DNA of 64,000 nt from Gemmatimonadales bacterium (GTDB lineage: Bacteria > Gemmatimonadota > Gemmatimonadetes > Gemmatimonadales > GWC2-71-9). The DNA is taken from positions 448,001-512,000 of the forward strand of contig JBBCJC010000005.1 of assembly GCA_037189525.1 (NCBI GenBank). Direction: 5' to 3'. Below, one piece after another: positions 50,416 through 59,137 of this stretch. How positions within the stretch are numbered: the stretch's first letter is position 1; every line of letters begins with the position of its first letter. The notes under the pieces were generated by a model. The model was not told the origin of the DNA and did not search any database. It saw only the letters and a program-made list of their open reading frames with translations. Position numbers and translations under genes: made by a program.

Positions 50416-50815
50416 GCACAAACAGTTTGAGCAGGCCGTAGCCACCCGCGGCCGCAGCCAGCGCACCAAGGGCCCCCAGGGTGAGCCTGACCGTCTGCGA
50501 CCGATCAGCCCACCACGCCGACAGCCGTTCGCCGACATCGCGGACCCTGAGCTCGGCCCGGTCGAGGAAGGTCGCCAGAGGCCGGATATCGCTGGCGATC
50601 AGGCCGAGCCCGAGAGCGACGATGAGCCAACCGGGACCCGGCGCCGGGATCAGGAAGGCGCCGGCCGTGGTAATCGCCAGCCCGCCCGCCATCCGCGCCA
50701 CCCGCGCCGCGAACGACGGCCCGCCCTTCCGGGTGCGCCGATAACGCTCGCGAAACCGCCGGCCTGGCTGCGCATCGCGCAGAAGTTGCCACTCTCGCTT
50801 GATCGATTCCAGCAT
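50408..50815 (-). CDS. PGPGW-domain membrane protein
   Basis: IPAPGPGWLIVALGL. Confidence 0.78.
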   Translation of the reverse strand: MLESIKREWQLLRDAQPGRRFRERYRRTRKGGPSFAARVARMAGGLAITTAGAFLIPAPGPGWLIVALGLGLIASDIRPLATFLDRAELRVRDVGERLSAWWADRSQTVRLTLGALGALAAAAGGYGLLKLFVLS

Positions 50816-50997
50816 TCTCCCTACCGCATGATGACTTCAATACATGACGTCCTGTCGTCCCAATCTAGCGACAGTGACCCATCCCAGGGACACAACTGGC
50901 TGAGAAGCCGTCTCGACGGTAAGAATCTAATTCCTTATAAAACAACAAGTTAGGCAAATCGGAAGTGCTGGCCCGATTCTTTCTATACGGGAGGGAA

Positions 50998-51237
50998 ATG
51001 AGTCGACTTGCCAAGAAATCGGATCTCGAATATGCCCACCAATCAGCTCACCAGCCAACTCCTGCCCACGGTGTTCATCGCGACGACCTCACTCCCGTGG
51101 CCGGGCCAGATGCCGCCGGCAACTCAGATCCAGGCCTTACCGCAGCCGCTGGATCGCACCAGCAATCGAACGTTCCTGGCCGTCCGCTGAACTCGATCAG
51201 CGGACGACCCGGTACGGCTCGATACACTCTGCAGTAA
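50998..51237 (+). CDS. Small hypothetical protein (alternative ORF 51032-51190)
   Basis: GGAGGG before ATG; low-complexity 79 aa; upstream regulatory motifs. Confidence 0.35.
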   Translation: MSRLAKKSDLEYAHQSAHQPTPAHGVHRDDLTPVAGPDAAGNSDPGLTAAAGSHQQSNVPGRPLNSISGRPGTARYTLQ

Positions 51238-51243
51238 AGACGA

Positions 51244-52338
51244 TTAGCGGGACGGTCGCTCGACCGAACCCGGAGGAGCGGCTCGCAAGTACTGCGCGGG
51301 CCACGGCACATCGAGGCCGAGTTCGGCTGCCGCGCGAAGCGGCCAGTAGGGATCACGTAACAGTTGCCGCGCCAGCAGTACCAGATCGGCTTGCCCCGTC
51401 CGGATGACATGATCGGCCTGCGCCGGCGCCGTCAGCAGCCCCACAGCCCCGGTACGGACGTTGGCTTCGCGACGGATCCGCTCGGAGAGACCGGTCTGAT
51501 AGCCGGGCCCGATCGGAATCCGGACCCCGCTGACATTCCCGCCCGACGAACAGTCGATCAGATCCACCCCCTGTTCGACCAGGATCCGCGACAGCCGAAC
51601 CGAATCGTCCAGCGTCCAGCCTCCCTCGACCCATTCCGTCGCCGAGATCCGTACGAAGAGCGGTAAGTGCTCGGGCCAGTGGCGGCGGACTTCCATCACC
51701 ACGTCGCCCAGCAATCGAATCCGGTTTTCGAAGCTCCCGCCGTACTCGTCGGTCCGCTGATTGCTGACGGGCGAGAGAAACTCGTGCAGCAGGTACCCGT
51801 GGGCCGCGTGAATCTCGACGACTTCGAACCCCGCTTGGCGCGCACGGCGAGCGGCCGCGCCGAACCCGAGCACCACGTTCCGGAGGCCGGCCAGATCGAG
51901 AGCTTCCGGCCTCGGATAGGTATCGCTGAACGCAACGGCACTCGGCCCCACCACCTGCCAGCCGTCGCGATCGGGCGGCACCGTTCCCTGCACCGGATGC
52001 CAGGGGCGATAGGTACTGGCCTTCCGGCCGGCATGCGCCAGCTGCACACCCGGCACCGCGCCCTGCTGCTTGATGAAGGCCGTAACCCGGGCGAGAAAGG
52101 GCACGTGTTCGTCGTCCCAGATTCCCAGGTCTTCCGGACTGATACGCCCCTCGGGCAACACGGCCGCCGCCTCGGTCAGCACCAGCCCCGCGCCGCCCAC
52201 GGCTCGGCTGCCGAGATGCACCAGATGCCAGTCGTTGGCAAATCCGTTCTCACTCGAATATTGACACATCGGAGACACCACGATGCGATTGGGCAGGGTC
52301 ACCCCGCGAATCGCGAGCGGTTCGAACAGGCTCGTCAT
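51244..52338 (-). CDS. NADH:flavin oxidoreductase (YqjM/NamA-like Old Yellow Enzyme)
   Basis: SPMCQYS, QLAHAGRK, HAAHGYLLHEFLSP, LLRDPYW. Confidence 0.92.
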   Translation of the reverse strand: MTSLFEPLAIRGVTLPNRIVVSPMCQYSSENGFANDWHLVHLGSRAVGGAGLVLTEAAAVLPEGRISPEDLGIWDDEHVPFLARVTAFIKQQGAVPGVQLAHAGRKASTYRPWHPVQGTVPPDRDGWQVVGPSAVAFSDTYPRPEALDLAGLRNVVLGFGAAARRARQAGFEVVEIHAAHGYLLHEFLSPVSNQRTDEYGGSFENRIRLLGDVVMEVRRHWPEHLPLFVRISATEWVEGGWTLDDSVRLSRILVEQGVDLIDCSSGGNVSGVRIPIGPGYQTGLSERIRREANVRTGAVGLLTAPAQADHVIRTGQADLVLLARQLLRDPYWPLRAAAELGLDVPWPAQYLRAAPPGSVERPSR

Positions 52339-52416
52339 GGTATTGCAGTTGGTTGGGACGACGTTAGGCACATCGGGGCGGCCTGCCGCGCTGCGACGCC
52401 GGCTCCACCCCGATGG

Positions 52417-53466
52417 TCAGGCACCACCCCCGACGGGGGTCGAACTCAATCGACCGATGACCTGGTCGGCAAAGCGTTCCATCTCTTCTGCCTGCGGGCT
52501 GAATTGTAATAGCAGAAGGTCGACCCCGGCGGCCTCGAATGCCGCAATCCGATCGGCGACCTGTGCCGGCGTACCGACCAGGCCTGCCCGCAATCCCCGA
52601 TTGGACACCGAGTACTCCTCGAGGGACACCTGGCGCTCGAGCCGGGTATTGGCCACCCAGTCGCGATAGTTCCCGTAGCCAGGCGATCCCGGCGCCACGT
52701 TGGTAATCCGTTCCAACTCGCGCGCCGCCTCCTGCTCGGAATCCCGGACGATGACGAAGGCCGCCATCCCGAACGAAAGGGGCGGGAGACCCGTCGCGTC
52801 CCTGAGCGCCGAAAGCTCATCGATCCGCGCCGAGATAACGTCGAGGGGATCGCCGTGCATGACGTAGGCATCGCACTGCCGGCTGATCAATTGCTTCGCC
52901 GCCGGCGACTCGCCGCCCGCGTAGATCGGCGGCCGCGGACGGCGCACCGGTTTGGGTTCGAGAATGGTCTGGTCGACCTGATAGTAGGCCCCATCGAAGG
53001 AGAACTCCGGCTCCCGCCACACGCCGTCGACGACCGAAAGCCACTCGGCGGTGCGCGCGTACCGGTCGTCGTGCTGATCGAAGCGCACGCCGTATCGCCT
53101 CGCTTCGTCGGCCCACCAGGAGGAGACGACGTTGAGGGCCAGCCGGCCGCCCGCAATCCGATCGATCGCTGCCGCCTGCTTGGCAAGGATCGCCGGCTGA
53201 TGAAAGGTCGGCCGCACCGCGACCATCAGTTCGAGGCGCCGGGTCACCGCGGCCAGCGCCGCGGCCGTCGACCACGCATCCAGCGACGGCGCGGTGATCC
53301 CCTTGATGTCATTGAGGAACAACTCGGCGATCAGAGTCAGGTCGTAGCCGATCTCTTCACTTCGGCGCGCCAGGCGGCTGACGTATTCCCACGACGGATC
53401 CATCCCCTCATCCGGAACGTTGCGCAACCACCCGCCGAACACCGGAAGCCAGTACCCGAAGCGCAT
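52417..53466 (-). CDS. LLM-class flavin-dependent monooxygenase (SsuD/SfnG-like)
   Basis: FGYWLP, MVAVRP, GGRLALNVVS, IYAGGES, LVGTPAQVA. Confidence 0.85.
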   Translation of the reverse strand: MRFGYWLPVFGGWLRNVPDEGMDPSWEYVSRLARRSEEIGYDLTLIAELFLNDIKGITAPSLDAWSTAAALAAVTRRLELMVAVRPTFHQPAILAKQAAAIDRIAGGRLALNVVSSWWADEARRYGVRFDQHDDRYARTAEWLSVVDGVWREPEFSFDGAYYQVDQTILEPKPVRRPRPPIYAGGESPAAKQLISRQCDAYVMHGDPLDVISARIDELSALRDATGLPPLSFGMAAFVIVRDSEQEAARELERITNVAPGSPGYGNYRDWVANTRLERQVSLEEYSVSNRGLRAGLVGTPAQVADRIAAFEAAGVDLLLLQFSPQAEEMERFADQVIGRLSSTPVGGGA

Positions 53467-53468
53467 CG

Positions 53469-54455
53469 TCAGGTGCTCGCCGGGGTCACCAACCCGGCCC
53501 GGACTTCGATGTAGTCCACGAAGCGGGCAAACGGATCGAACCCGATCACATTCGGCGCATCCGCCACGAAGTTCGACAGCGCATTGATGTCGTAGAAGTA
53601 GTGCCGGCCGTCGCGCTCATCGATCAGATACTCGATCCCGCCGATGTCGAGCCGAACGTGACGGGCAATCTGCTCGACCTGGGCCACGATCTCCGCCGGC
53701 GGATCGGCCCGTTCGACCCGCATCCCGGTCTTGGGCGCGTCTGCTGCGCAGAAGGTGCGATCCAGCGTCCGCCCTTCGGTCGTCTGGCAGATGTCGGCCG
53801 GACAGAGATTGAACGACTCGCCGGTCGGATACACGTTGATGGCGTAGAGGAACTTGCCGTCGAGCACTTCGACTCGAGTGATCCGGCTGCCCGACAACGG
53901 CGCCAGTTCCTGGACCAATGCCGTTTGATCCAAGCCGAGATCAATCCGCCCGGCCGCCGCCGCCTCGACCAACTGGTCTTCGGTATCGAAACGGACGATT
54001 CCGGCGCCGCTGCCGCCGATATTGGCTTTGACGACGACCGGATACCGGAGTTGTCGAGCCGCCGACGCGGCGCGCGACGCATGATTGATCACCAAGGCGC
54101 GCGGCACCGGCAGACCCAACTCCGCCAGGACCTCGACCTGGAAGGCCTTCGAGATCTCGAGCGCATAGACCGCCGAGCCGTTGACGATCGGCGTGCCGGT
54201 GCGTTCGACGTGGCGAAGCCAGTTGAGGGTATGGAACGTGGTCTGGCCATGGCCACGCAGATAGGCGGAGGGACTGTTGCGATTGACGACCAGGGAGTAG
54301 CGGCGCGTCAGATCAGCCGGATCGTACTCGTGGGCTGCCGCATCGAGCGCCACCCATGGAATCCCCCGCCGATCGAGTTCCGCAAAGAGTGGCTTGAACC
54401 AGTCCGGATGCTCATGGTATACGGCAACGGGAAGCGTCCCCGATGGAACCGACAT
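53469..54455 (-). CDS. RimK-like ATP-grasp ligase
   Basis: YPVVVKANIGGSGAG, LVQE, GGIEY, YDINALSNF; Cys cluster CPADIC..FC. Confidence 0.82.
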   Translation of the reverse strand: MSVPSGTLPVAVYHEHPDWFKPLFAELDRRGIPWVALDAAAHEYDPADLTRRYSLVVNRNSPSAYLRGHGQTTFHTLNWLRHVERTGTPIVNGSAVYALEISKAFQVEVLAELGLPVPRALVINHASRAASAARQLRYPVVVKANIGGSGAGIVRFDTEDQLVEAAAAGRIDLGLDQTALVQELAPLSGSRITRVEVLDGKFLYAINVYPTGESFNLCPADICQTTEGRTLDRTFCAADAPKTGMRVERADPPAEIVAQVEQIARHVRLDIGGIEYLIDERDGRHYFYDINALSNFVADAPNVIGFDPFARFVDYIEVRAGLVTPAST

Positions 54456-54513
54456 AAACCTGCCTCGATTGTTGGATTTGAGAACGACAGACTACGACGA
54501 CGTCAGGGACGCC

Positions 54514-54612
54514 TTAGCGACAACAACAACAGCCCTGGTGGCCCGACCCGACGAGGCGGGAGGCGCACCCAGGGAGTACAGCGGGGGTGATGGAGCGGCG
54601 TACAACCAGCAT
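54514..54612 (-). CDS. Leaderless polycysteine leader peptide MLVVRRSITPAVLPGCASRLVGSGHQGCCCCR
   Basis: TGT x4 just before TAA; ATG lies 6 nt after a TAGAGT -10 box; stop is 58 nt upstream of the ATP-grasp start. Confidence 0.78.
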   Translation of the reverse strand: MLVVRRSITPAVLPGCASRLVGSGHQGCCCCR

Positions 54613-54618
54613 TCACGG

Positions 54619-54647
54619 ACTCTAAGCGACCGCCCGACCGGGGTCAA
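54619..54647 (-). promoter_or_regulatory. sigma70 promoter for the leaderless poly-Cys ORF
   Basis: TTGACC-N17-TAGAGT. Confidence 0.72.
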
Positions 54648-54719
54648 CCGACGGTCGCTCCGTCCAAGGACCGGATCTGCCACCAGATCGCGGTCCCTAT
54701 TTCACTGGAAACGAACGGC

Positions 54720-55319
54720 TCAGCCGCGCCAGGTCACTTTGTCATCGAGCGGGCGCCGAACGACATCCGGAGGAACACTGCCCGGATGGCCAAGGATAAA
54801 AAAGCCGAGTGGTCTGGAGGGCGCGGGCACTCCGACGAACTCCGCAACATGCGGCAGCACAGCCTGCGCACCCGTCGACCACTGCCCGGCCAGGCCGAGC
54901 GCCGTCGCGGCCAGGTGGAGATTCTGGACCGCGCCGCCAAAGGCGAGGAGCTCTTCCCATTCCGGCATCGCGAACGACCCGTCGGGCTTGAGGCCCGGCT
55001 TGAGCGTGAGCGCGATCCAGACCGGCACTTTCCACACCTTGTCTCGGCTGGTCTCGAAGGCCTCCTGCGTGAAATTCCCCCGCGCTTCGGCCTGGATCCG
55101 GTAGGCTTCGCCAAAGGCTTCACCCAGCGCCCGCCGTCCCTCACCGGTGAAGACGGTGAAGTGCCAGGGCTCGGTCTTGCCGTGGCTGGGCGCCCACCGG
55201 GCGGCCTCGAGCACCTGCTCGATCAACGAGGGGTCGACCGGGTCGGGCTTGAGAAAGGGCATCTTGTGGCTGCGACGGGCTCGCATCAGAGCAAGCAGGT
55301 CGGCTGCGTCGATTGCCAT
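54720..55319 (-). CDS. Nitroreductase family protein (YdjA-like)
   Basis: RARRS, AARWAPSHGKTEPW, QNLHLAATALG, WSTG. Confidence 0.88.
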   Translation of the reverse strand: MAIDAADLLALMRARRSHKMPFLKPDPVDPSLIEQVLEAARWAPSHGKTEPWHFTVFTGEGRRALGEAFGEAYRIQAEARGNFTQEAFETSRDKVWKVPVWIALTLKPGLKPDGSFAMPEWEELLAFGGAVQNLHLAATALGLAGQWSTGAQAVLPHVAEFVGVPAPSRPLGFFILGHPGSVPPDVVRRPLDDKVTWRG

Positions 55320-55557
55320 ATCGCTCTACGAATTGATGTTGAAAACCTGGTTTCGTCCGCACGCAGGCGAACATACGAAACGCAAACCTAACGGCCACGC
55401 GATGCGGGACCAATCAGATGGATTCCCGTGACCGCATCTGTCCTGATCCCGTCACGGCGGCCCCTCCGAAAGTCAATTCGCTCAAGTACGTCAATCCATT
55501 GCATTTCAATGGTTTAAGAACGCAGACATCAGGTAATTTCGAACCTCGGGCGGCCAA

Positions 55558-55651
55558 TGGTGACGTAGAGTCCCGGTTGATTCGAAGACCGGGGCGCATC
55601 TACGTTCAGTCGAGAAGGCGTTCTCTGATTCACCAGCGCGAGGGACCACCA
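55558..55651 (+). ncRNA. Candidate multibranch cis-regulatory RNA upstream of the CNNM/CorC gene
   Basis: Nested stems TGGTGA/TCACCA, CGTAGA/TCTACG, CCCGGT/ACCGGG and GAGAA/TTCTC next to the SD. Confidence 0.45.
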
Positions 55652-55655
55652 GTCG

Positions 55656-56939
55656 ATGGACATAGCCCTATTAGTCGGCCTGATTCTGCTCAACGGTGTC
55701 TTCGCGATGTCCGAGATTGCCCTGGTCACCGCCCGAAAAGCCCGGCTCGCCAAACTCGCCGGCGCCGGTGACAGCGCCGCCGAAGTCGCCCTGCGGCTGG
55801 GCGAAGACCCGACCCGGTTCCTGTCGACCGTCCAGATCGGCATCACCTCGATCGGCATCCTGAACGGTATCCTCGGCGAGGCCGTCTTCGCCGAGCCCTT
55901 TGCGGTCTGGCTGGTGTCGCTGGGCATGAGCGAGGGCGCCGCATCGATCGTATCGACCGGACTCGTCGTGCTCGTGATCACCTATGTCTCCATCGTCGTG
56001 GGCGAACTGGTGCCGAAGCGGCTGGGCCAGATCAGCCCGGAGAGTGTGGCCCGGCTGGTCGCGCGCCCGATGCAGCTCCTGGCCCAACTGACGCGCCCCT
56101 TCGTCCGCCTGCTCTCGTTCTCGACCAATACCCTGCTCCGGCTACTGGGCGTCCGGAGCAACCAGGGTCCGTCGATCACCGAAGAAGAACTCCACGCCTT
56201 CCTGGCCGAAGGCTCCGAAGCTGGGGTCATCGAGCGACAGGAACACGAGATGGTCCGGAACCTGTTTCGTCTCGACGACCGAAAGCTCGGCTCGCTGATG
56301 GTGCCACGCGCCGACATCGTCTACCTCGACACCAAGGTTCCGATCGCGGAGAATCTGGCGCGCGTCGCCGAGTCGGTGCATTCCCGCTTTCCGGTCTGCG
56401 ACGGCGACCTCGATAATCTGACCGGCCTGGTCACCGCCAAGCAGATCCTGGCGCAGACGCTCAAGGGCGAAACCCCGGACCTGCTGGCCAACCTGCAGAC
56501 GCCCGCGTTCGTTCCCGAGACCCTGACCGGGCTCGAGTTGCTCGAGAGCTTTCGGACCAACCACATCTCGGCCGCGTTCGTCCTGGATGAGTACGGAGGG
56601 GTGAAAGGGCTAGTGACGTTACAGGACCTGTTAGAAGCCGTGACCGGCGATCTCTCCGCCCCCGGCGGCGGCGATGCCTGGGCGGTCCAGCGGGAGGACG
56701 GGTCCTGGCTCCTGGATGGGACCATCCCGATCCCCGAGCTCAAAGACCGGCTGCAGATCGCGCAACTTCCCGAAGAGGATGCCGGGCGCTACCACACGGT
56801 CAGCGGCATGATGATGCTGCTATTGGGACGGGTCGGCGTGACGGGAGATCGAGTGCAGTGGGAAAACTGGACGTTCGAGATCGTGGATATGGACGAGAAG
56901 CGGATCGATAAGGTGCTCGCCAGCCGGATCGAGAGCTGA
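55656..56939 (+). CDS. Hemolysin-family CNNM(DUF21)-CBS-CorC transporter (MpfA/PaeA-like)
   Basis: FAMSEIAL, QIGIT, GELVPK, HSRFPV, DEYGG, VDMDEKRIDKV. Confidence 0.92.
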   Translation: MDIALLVGLILLNGVFAMSEIALVTARKARLAKLAGAGDSAAEVALRLGEDPTRFLSTVQIGITSIGILNGILGEAVFAEPFAVWLVSLGMSEGAASIVSTGLVVLVITYVSIVVGELVPKRLGQISPESVARLVARPMQLLAQLTRPFVRLLSFSTNTLLRLLGVRSNQGPSITEEELHAFLAEGSEAGVIERQEHEMVRNLFRLDDRKLGSLMVPRADIVYLDTKVPIAENLARVAESVHSRFPVCDGDLDNLTGLVTAKQILAQTLKGETPDLLANLQTPAFVPETLTGLELLESFRTNHISAAFVLDEYGGVKGLVTLQDLLEAVTGDLSAPGGGDAWAVQREDGSWLLDGTIPIPELKDRLQIAQLPEEDAGRYHTVSGMMMLLLGRVGVTGDRVQWENWTFEIVDMDEKRIDKVLASRIES

Positions 56940-56946
56940 ACGCCAC

Positions 56947-56978
56947 GGCTCCCGGAGCAGAGCACCGCCCCGGGAGCC
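56947..56978. terminator. Hairpin between convergent genes
   Basis: GGCTCCCGG...CCGGGAGCC inverted repeat next to an A5 run. Confidence 0.5.
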
Positions 56979-56987
56979 CCAAAAAGA

Positions 56988-57239
56988 TCAGTCGCCTTTG
57001 GTCTTGAGGACCGCGTCGTTGTCCCGCAAAAAGGCGCGAATCTCATCCGCCATATCGAGCAGACGGCTCCACTGCTCCTTATAGAGGGTCACGGGGAAAC
57101 GACCCAGGCCGTAGAGCGACAGGCCCCCCTTCTCACTGACCTTGAGATATACCGAGCGCTTCGATTTGTCGCGCTCTTTGAGGGACGCATTTTCGGCCCG
57201 AAGCCGTTCCAATTCTGCCTTCAGATCCTCATCACTCAT
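56988..57239 (-). CDS. Conserved-looking small hypothetical protein
   Basis: GGAG SD; N-terminal coiled coil plus KVSEKGGLSLYGLGRFPVTLYKEQW. Confidence 0.75.
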   Translation of the reverse strand: MSDEDLKAELERLRAENASLKERDKSKRSVYLKVSEKGGLSLYGLGRFPVTLYKEQWSRLLDMADEIRAFLRDNDAVLKTKGD

Positions 57240-57320
57240 TGTCGGTCTCCGTCGTGGTCCTGATGCGTCGGATCGAATCCGCCCGCAAGGGTCAACCTCC
57301 GAATATACCCGCTTCGGGAC

Positions 57321-58853
57321 TCAGCGTTTGGCGGGCTGTCCGGCCTTGGGCAGCGTCTTGGCGATGAAGACCCGGATATCTTCGTTGGAGGTCGCCAGGT
57401 CTTCCTGCCGCAGATACATCATGTGGCCCGACCGATATCCCTTGAAGCTCATCCGGTCCTGGAAGCGTCCGCTCGGGTCCATGTGCCACATGGTGTACTT
57501 GGCGTCGAAGTACGGCGTGCCCCCGTCGTAGTACCCCGATTGCACCATGACATGCAGGTAGGGGTTGGCGCCGAGTGCCTGCTGGAGATTTGCGCCGGTC
57601 TGGTCGCCGACCCGGTTCCACGGATTGACCGGGCCAAAGAGCCAGTACTGCAGGTCGGTCTTCCAACCGAGCACGTCGCGAAGGTAGTGGTTGATGGCCG
57701 GGGCAAACGCATGATTCCACGAAGTCAGCGCCGGATCGAAGTCCGGAGCGACGCCCGCATCGACCCGATCGAAGCCGCGATAGCGCGAGTCGAGGCGGCC
57801 GACGGTAAACCCGCTCGTGCGCAACAACTCTTTCCAGTAGAAGGACGTCGGGACAGCAAGCGCATGCTCCCGCACGACGACTTCGGACAGGCCGCTGTAT
57901 CGGGCAAACCGCTTGATCAGCGCGTCTCGCTTGGCGGCGTCGAGCGAGCCGCCCATCACCATCCCGGGAATCAGTTCGTCAACCGTGAACCGTTCGACCT
58001 CGGGCAGCAACTGATCGAGGTCGCGCCCCTGGAGGTCCGCAGCGAGCGCCTTGTGATACCAGGCCGTGGCGGCAAAGTACGGCAGCTTGAGCGCCGCCCC
58101 GACCGGTCCGCCGCGCTCGACACCCAATACCGTGGGCGACACCAGCACGACACCGTTGAGGTACATCCAGTGCGAACCTTGCAGCCGCTGCGCCAGACCG
58201 GAGACGCGATTAGTCCCGTAGCTTTCGCCGATCAGGTACTTGGGACTGGTCCAGCGCCCCTGCCGGCTCACGAAGGCGTCGACCCAGCGCGCCAGGTACG
58301 CAATGTCCTCGTTGACGCCGAAGAACTGGTCACGCTTGGCATCGCCGACGATCCGGGAGAACCCCGTATTGACCGGGTCCACATAGACGATGTCGGCCAC
58401 GTCGAGAATCGAGTGCGGGTTGTCGACCACGCCGTAGGGCTGGACCGGATAGCCCTCGTTGTCGATCCGAAGCAGCTTGGGACCGGTGTAGGCCACATGC
58501 ATCCAGACGGACGCCGACCCTGGACCGCCGTTGAACGAAATGACCAGCGGCCGAGCCGATCGATCCGCCACGTCGCTGCGCTCGTAGTAGGTGAAGAAGA
58601 CGGCCGCCACCACGGCGCCCTTGTCGTCCCAGACCGGCTGGGTACCTATGGTCGTCCGGTACGGAACGCGCTGCCCTTTGACCGTGACGACGCCCTCACG
58701 ACGCACCGTCGAGTCGGCGGGGAACGTCACGGCTCCATCGCGCGGGGCGGCGGGACGGGACGGCGCGGTTGCCGGTGGCGCAGTGCGCTCTTGCGCAACA
58801 AGCATCGTCGACGGAAGCCCGGCCAGGGCCAGAAGCGACAGGGTACGAAGCAT
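57321..58853 (-). CDS. Secreted S10 serine carboxypeptidase
   Basis: Signal peptide; FNGGPGS, VDPVNTGFS, GESYG, GHMMY. Confidence 0.9.
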   Translation of the reverse strand: MLRTLSLLALAGLPSTMLVAQERTAPPATAPSRPAAPRDGAVTFPADSTVRREGVVTVKGQRVPYRTTIGTQPVWDDKGAVVAAVFFTYYERSDVADRSARPLVISFNGGPGSASVWMHVAYTGPKLLRIDNEGYPVQPYGVVDNPHSILDVADIVYVDPVNTGFSRIVGDAKRDQFFGVNEDIAYLARWVDAFVSRQGRWTSPKYLIGESYGTNRVSGLAQRLQGSHWMYLNGVVLVSPTVLGVERGGPVGAALKLPYFAATAWYHKALAADLQGRDLDQLLPEVERFTVDELIPGMVMGGSLDAAKRDALIKRFARYSGLSEVVVREHALAVPTSFYWKELLRTSGFTVGRLDSRYRGFDRVDAGVAPDFDPALTSWNHAFAPAINHYLRDVLGWKTDLQYWLFGPVNPWNRVGDQTGANLQQALGANPYLHVMVQSGYYDGGTPYFDAKYTMWHMDPSGRFQDRMSFKGYRSGHMMYLRQEDLATSNEDIRVFIAKTLPKAGQPAKR

Positions 58854-58930
58854 CAGAGCATCTCGGCGAAAGTGATATGGAACAGGCAATTCGGGACGCA
58901 TTCTATCGGGGCAATGGGAGAGAGGCAACA

Positions 58931-59137
58931 TCATCGTGACGGCGCGCCAGGCCCCCAATCGTCCTCGTCATCCTCGGCGTCGAATGCCCGCGCTTCCTCC
59001 TCGTCGGCCAACTCACGCTCGGCCGCTTCGAGCTCGTCCCGATCCGCAACGGGCGAACGGTCCGTTCCAGGCCGCCGACGGCTCACGACCCAGATGATCA
59101 GTGCAGCCGCCGCAAGGATACCGATCAATCCGGCCAT
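58931..59137 (-). CDS. Small single-TM protein with acidic tail
   Basis: TGATG overlap with the patatin gene, GGAGG SD, one TM helix followed by a D/E-rich tail. Confidence 0.55.
   Translation of the reverse strand: MAGLIGILAAAALIIWVVSRRRPGTDRSPVADRDELEAAERELADEEEARAFDAEDDEDDWGPGAPSR

Noticed and set aside
54514..54612. Poly-Cys peptide as a RiPP (graspetide) precursor for the adjacent ATP-grasp ligase
   Set aside because: The peptide has no Asp or Glu acceptor residues and no recognisable leader; there is no dedicated transporter or protease; the TGT run and leaderless promoter fit an attenuator better. Not formally excluded.
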